Shown here: positions 58,800-64,000 of the stretch, piece by piece
How positions within the stretch are numbered: position 1 is the stretch's first letter
Layout: each line of letters starts with the position of its first letter
Source: Eledone cirrhosa
Taxonomy: Eukaryota
Reading direction: 5' to 3'
Assembly: GCA_964016885.1 (NCBI GenBank)
Contig: OZ024743.1
Coordinates: 82,150,001-82,214,000 of the forward strand
DNA: 64,000 nucleotides
Notes under the pieces: model-generated
Database searches by the model: none
Told to the model about the DNA's origin: nothing
What the model saw: the letters and a program-made list of their open reading frames with translations, nothing else
Translations under genes and position numbers: made by a program

Positions 58800-61700
58800 G
58801 GAGTTATAGTGCTGTAGTGGTCCTGGGTCAGGTTAGGTTACTGGAGTTCTAGTGTTGTAGTGGTCCTGGGTCAGGTTAGGTTACTGGGGTTCTAGTGTTG
58901 TAGTGGTTCTGGGTCAGGTTGGAATACTGGAGTTCTAGTGTTGTAATGGTCCTGGGTCAGTTTAGGTTACTGGAGTTCTAGTGTTGTAGTGGTCCTGGGT
59001 CAGGTTAGGTTACTGGAGTTCTAGTGCTGTAGTGGTCCTGGGTCAGGTTAGGTTACTGGAGTTCTAGTGCTGTAGTGGCCCTGGCTCAGGTTAGGTTACT
59101 GGAGTTCTAGTGTTGTAGTGGTCCTGGGTCAGGTTAGGTTACTGGAGTTCTAGTTTTGTAATGGTCCTGGGTCAATTTAGGTTACTGGAGTTCTAATGTT
59201 GTAGTGGTCCTGGGTCAGGTTAGGTTAGTGGGGTTCTAGTGCTGTAGTGGTCCTGGGTCAGGTTATGTTACTGGAGTTATAGTGCTGTAGTGGTCCTGGG
59301 TCAGGTTGGGTTACTGGTGTTATAGTGCTGTAGTGGTCCTGGGTCAGGTTGGGTTACTGGAGTTATAGTGCTGTAGTGGTCCTGGGTCAGGTTAGGTTAC
59401 TGGAGTTATAGTGCTGTAGTGGTCCTGGTTCAGGTTGGGTTACTGGAGTTATAGTGCTGTAGTGGTCCTGGGTCAGGTTGGGTTACTGGAGTTATAGTGC
59501 TGTAGTGGTACTGGGTCAGGTTAGATTACTAGAGTTATAGTGCTGTAGTGGCCCTGGGTCAGTTTGGGTTACTGGAGTTATAGTGTTGTAATGGTCCTGG
59601 GTCAGGTTGGGTTACTGGAGTTATAGTGCTGTAGTGGTCCTGGGTCAGGTTAGGTTACTGGAGTTCTAGTGCTGTAGTGGTCCTGGGTCAGGTTGGGTTA
59701 CTGGAGTTATAGTGCTGTAGTGATCCTGGATCAGGTTAGGTTACTGGAGTTCTAGTGTTGTAGTGGTCCTGGTTCAGGTTAGGTTACTGGAGTTCTAGTT
59801 TTGTAATGGTCCTGGGTCAGGTTAGGTTGCTGGAGTTCTAGTGCCGTAGTGGTCCTGGCTCAGGTTAGGTTACTGGAGTTCTAGTGTTGTAGTGGCCCTG
59901 GCTCAGGTTAGGTTACTGGAATTCTAGTGCTGTAGTGGTCCTGGGTCAAGTTAGGTTACTAGAGTTCTAGTGTTGTAGTGGCCCTGGGTCAGGTTGGATT
60001 ACTGGAGTTCTAGTGCTGTAGTGGTCCTGGGTCAGGTTGGGTAACTGGAGTTATAGTGTTGTAGTGGTCCTGGGTCAGGTTAGGTTACTGGAGTTCTAGT
60101 GCTGTAGTGGTCCTGGGTCAGGTTGGGTAACTGGAGTTATAGTGTTGTAGTGGTCCTGGGTCAGGTTAGGTTACTGGAGTTCTAGTGCTGTAGTGGTCCT
60201 GGGTCAGGTTAGGTTACTGGAGTTCTAGTGTTGTAGTGATCCTGGGTCAGGTTGGAATACTGGAGTTCTAGTGCTGTAGTGGTCCTGGGTCAGGTTGGGT
60301 TACTGGAGTTATAGTGCTGTAGTGGTCCTGGGTCAGGTTAGGTTACTGGAGTTCTAGTGTTGTAGTGGTCCTGGGTCAGGTTAGGTTACTGGGGTTCTAG
60401 TGTTGTAGTGGTTCTGGGTCAGGTTGGAATACTGGAGTTCTAGTATTGTAATGGTCCTGGGTCAGTTTAGGTTACTGGAGTTCTAGTGTTGTAGTGGTCC
60501 TGGGACAGGTTAGGTTACTGGAGTTCTAGTGCTGTAGTGGTCCTGGGTCAGGTTAGGTTACTGGAGTTCTAGTGCTGTAGTGGCCCTGGTTCAGGTTAGG
60601 TTACTGGAGTTCTAGTGTTGTAGTGGTCCTGGGTCAGGTTAGGTTACTGGAGTTCTAGTTTTGTAATGGTCCTGGGTCAGTTTAGGTTACTGGAGTTCTA
60701 ATGTTGTAGTGGTCCTGGGTCAGGTTAGGTTAGTGGGGTTCTAGTGCTGTAGTGGTCCTGGGTCAGGTTATGTTACTGGAGTTATAGTGCTGTAGTGGTC
60801 CTGGGTCAGGTTGGGTTACTGGTGTTATAGTGCTGTAGTCGTCCTGGGTCAGGTTGGGTTACTGGAGTTATAGTGCTGTAGTGGTCCTGGGTCAGGTTAG
60901 GTTACTGGAGTTATAGTGCTGTAGTGGTCCTGGTTCAGGTTGGGTTACTGGAGTTATAGTGCTGTAGTGGTCCTGGATCAGGTTGGGTTACTGGAGTTAT
61001 AGTGCTGTAGTGGTACTGGGTCAGGTTAGATTACTAGAGTTATAGTGCTGTAGTGGCCCTGGGTCAGTTTGGGTTACTGGAGTTATAGTGTTGTAATGGT
61101 CCTGGGTCAGGTTGGGTTACTGGAGTTATAGTGCTGTAGTGGTCCTGGGTCAGGTTAGGTTACTGGAGTTCTAGTGCTGTAGTGGTCCTGGGTCAGGTTG
61201 GGTTACTGGAGTTATAGTGCTGTAGTGATCCTGGATCAGGTTAGGTTACTGGAGTTCTAGTGTTGTAGTGGTCCTGGTTCAGGTTAGGTTACTGGAGTTC
61301 TAGTTTTGTAATGGTCCTGGGTCAGGTTAGGTTGCTGGAGTTCTAATGCTGTAGTGGTCCTGGCTCAGGTTAGGTTACTGGAGTTCTAGTGTTGTAGTGG
61401 CCCTGGCTCAGGTTAGGTTACTGGAATTCTAGTGCTGTAGTGGTCCTGGGTCAAGTTAGGTTACTAGAGTTCTAGTGTTGTAGTGGCCCTGGGTCAGGTT
61501 GGATTACTGGAGTTCTAGTGCTGTAGTGGTCCTGGGTCAGGTTGGGTAACTGGAGTTATAGTGTTGTAGTGGTCCTGGGTCAGGTTAGGTTACTGGAGTT
61601 CTAGTGCTGTAGTGGTCCTGGGTCAGGTTGGGTAACTGGAGTTATAGTGTTGTAGTGGTCCTGGGTCAGGTTAGGTTACTGGAGTTCTAGTGCTGTAGTG

Positions 61701-62500
61701 GTCCTGGGTCAGGTTAGGTTACTGGAGTTCTAGTGTTGTAGTGGTCCTGGGTCAGGTTGGAATACTGGAGTTCTAGTGCTGTAGTGGTCCTGGGTCAGGT
61801 TAGGTTACTGGAGTTCTAGTGTTGTAGTGGTCCTGGGTCAGGTTAGGTTACTGGGGTTCTAGTGTTGTAGTGGTTCTGGGTCAGGTTGGAATACTGGAGT
61901 TCTAGTGTTGTAATGGTCCTGGGTCAGTTTAGGTTACTGGAGTTCTAGTGTTGTAGTGGTCCTGGGTCAGGTTAGGTTACTGGAGTTCTAGTGCTGTAGT
62001 GGTCCTGGGTCAGGTTAGGTTACTGGAGTTCTAGTGCTGTAGTGGCCCTGGTTCAGGTTAGGTTACTGGAGTTCTAGTGTTGTAGTGGTCCTGGGTCAGG
62101 TTAGGTTACTGGAGTTCTAGTTTTGTAATGGTCCTGGGTCAGTTTAGGTTACTGGAGTTCTAATGTTGTAGTGGTCCTGGGTCAGGTTAGGTTAGTGGGG
62201 TTCTAGTGCTGTAGTGGTCCTGGGTCAGGTTATGTTACTGGAGTTATAGTGCTGTAGTGGTCCTGGGTCAGGTTGGGTTACTGGCGTTATAGTGCTGTAG
62301 TGGTCCTGGGTCAGGTTGGGTTACTGGAGTTATAGTGCTGTAGTGATCCTGGGTCAGGTTGGGTTACTGGAGTTATAGTGCTGTAGTGGTCCTGGGTCAG
62401 GTTAGGTTACTGGAGTTATAGTGCTGTAGTGGTCCTGGTTCAGGTTGGGTTACTGGAGTTATAGTGCTGTAGTGGTACTGGGTCAGGTTAGATTACTGGA
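58800..62500 (+). repeat. 34-35-monomer (~1.5 kb) higher-order repeat, about 2.4 copies
   Basis: TTTTGTAATGG at 59154, 60659 (+1505) and 62121 (+1462), with a second set at 59799/61304 (+1505). GAATAC at 58922, 60427 and 61889. Confidence 0.87.
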
Positions 62501-64000
62501 GTTATAGTGTTGTAGTGGTCCTGGGTCAGGTTAGGTTACTGGAGTTCTAGTGCTGTAGTGGTCCTGGGTCAGGTTGGGTTACTGGAGTTATAGTGCTGTA
62601 GTGATCCTGGATCAGGTTAGATTACTGGAGTTCTAGTGCTGTAGTGGTCCTGGGTCAGGTTAGGTTACTGGAGTTCTAGTGCTCTAGTGGTCCCGGGTCA
62701 GGTTAGGTTGCTGGTGTTCTAGTGTTGTAGTGGCCCTGGCTCAGGTTAGGTTACTGGAATTCTAGTGCTGTAGTGGTCCTGGGTCAAGTTAGGTTACTGG
62801 AGTTGTAGTGTTGTAGTGGTCCTGGGTGAGGTTAGGTTAATGGAGTTCTAGTGCTGTAGTGGTCCTGGGTGAGGTTAGGTTGCTGGAGTTATAGTGCTGT
62901 AGTGGTCCTGTGTCAGGTTAGGTTAATGGAGTTCTAGTGCTGTAGTGGTCCTGGGTGAGGTTAGGTTAATGGAGTTCTAGTGCTGTAGTGGTCCTGGGTG
63001 AGGTTAGGTTGCTGGAGTTATAGTGCTGTAGTGGTCCTGTGTCAGGTTAGGTTAATGGAGTTCTAGTGCTGTAGTGGTCCTGGGTGAGGTTAGGTTGCTG
63101 GAGTTATAGTGCTGTAGTGGTCCTGTGTCAGGTTAGGTTGCTGGAGTTATAGTGCTGTAGTGGTCCTGGGTGAGGTTAGATTGCTGGAGTTATAGTGCTG
63201 TAGTGGTCCTAGGTCAGGTTAGGTTAGTGGGGTTCTAGTGTTGTAGTGGTCCTGGGTCAGGTTAGGTTACTAGAGTTCTAGTGTTGTAGTGGTCCTGGGT
63301 CAGGTTATGTTACTGGAGTTCTAGTGTTGTTGTGGTCCTGGTTCAGATTAGGTTACTGGAGTTCTAGTGCTTTAGTGGTCCTGGGTCAGGTTGGGTTACT
63401 GGAGTTATAGTGCTGTAGTGGTACTGGGTTAGGTTAGGTTACTGGAGTTATAGTGCTGTAGTGGCCCTGGGTCAGGTTGGGTTACTGGAGTTATAGTGTT
63501 GTAGTGGTCCTGGGTCAGGTTGGGTTACTGGAGTTATAGTGCTGTAGTGGTCCTGGGTAAGGTTGGGTTACTGGAGTTGTAGTGCTGTAGTGATCCTGGG
63601 TCAGGTTATGTTACTGGAGTTATAGTGCTGTAGTGGTCCTGGGTCAGGTTAGGTTACTGGCGTTATAGTGCTGTAGTGGTCCTGGGTCAGGTTAGGTTAC
63701 TGGAGTTCTAGTGCTGTAGTGGTCCTGGGTCAGGTTAGGTTACTGGAGTTATAGTGCTGTAGTGGTCCTGGGTCAGGTTAGGTTACTGGCGTTGTAGTGC
63801 TGTAGTGATCCTGGGTCAGGTTAGGTTACTGGAGTTATAGGGCTGTAGTGGTCCTGGGTCAGGTTAGGTTACTGGAGTTCTAGTGCTGTAGTGGTCCTGG
63901 GTCAGGTTAGGTTACTGGAGTTCTAGTGCTGTAGTGGTCCTGGGTCAGGTTGGGTTACTGGAGTTGTAGTGCTGTAGTGATCCTGGGTCAGGTTAGGTGA

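Larger units (their letters stand above)
1..64000 (+). repeat. 43-bp tandem satellite/minisatellite array, about 1,489 head-to-tail monomers, truncated by both window edges
   Basis: Monomer starts at 1, 44, 87 and so on; the last full unit is 63958-64000. 63957 = 1488x43 - 27, which matches the net -27 nt from the indels I could locate. Consensus composition is A6 C6 G16 T15. No inversion or unique insertion was seen. Confidence 0.99.

Noticed and set aside
1-64000. CRISPR array
   Set aside because: Monomers abut directly with no unique spacers, no leader and no cas genes; the variation is single-base polymorphism.
1-64000. Giant repetitive CDS (mucin or adhesin-like) on the minus strand, which locally reads T-T-T-A-L-E-L-Q
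   Set aside because: The period of 43 is not a multiple of 3, and near-invariant TAA and TGA in each reverse-strand monomer close every frame within three units.
1-64000. Plus-strand read-through ORF under a TAG-reassigned genetic code, since TAG is the only stop in the consensus
   Set aside because: In the standard code the open stretches are only about 25 codons. With recoding, the product cycles through all frames, is broken by TGA/TAA variants and frameshifting indels, and shows no codon-position pattern. Nothing in the window indicates recoding.
1-64000. Canonical telomerase-synthesised telomere tract
   Set aside because: There is no pure (TTAGG)n or (TTAGGG)n run, 43 nt exceeds the telomerase repeat units I know of, and inherited kb-scale variant blocks indicate recombination-based copying.
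1-64000. Sequencing or rolling-circle concatemer artefact, or synthetic construct
   Set aside because: Variants are shared in ordered, nested blocks with inherited indels and regional subfamilies, which random error on one template would not produce. Exact block copy numbers still need read validation.
1-64000. Fungal RIP signature (TG>TA and CA>TA variants)
   Set aside because: Some variants fit, but most CpA/TpG sites in the monomer are intact, GC is about 50%, and the common C/A polymorphism is a transversion.

Overview
The entire 64,000-nt window is one uninterrupted, single-orientation tandem array of a 43-bp monomer. Consensus on the + strand: CTGGAGTT(C/A)TAGTG(C/T)TGTAGTGGTCCTGGGTCAGGT(TA/TG/CG)GGTTA. 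By my phase count it holds about 1,489 monomers and continues past both edges. I found no genes, RNA genes, mobile elements or CRISPR spacers, and stop codons recur in all six frames. It looks like eukaryotic satellite/minisatellite DNA with a strongly G/T-rich + strand and embedded TCAGG/TTAGG/TTGGG pentamers resembling arthropod telomere motifs. The information lies in the variant pattern. Rare linked substitutions and shared indels reveal nested duplications of about 13 to 117 monomers. They also define layered domains: A ~1-24.3 kb, B ~24.4-41.7 kb, an A-like diverged zone ~41.7-47.2 kb, and C ~47.2-64 kb, which has almost lost the CpG variant. Monomer length is very well conserved (13 indels found). 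I cannot support a novel protein-coding system here; the host, chromosomal location and any function are hypotheses only. All counts and offsets were made by hand.
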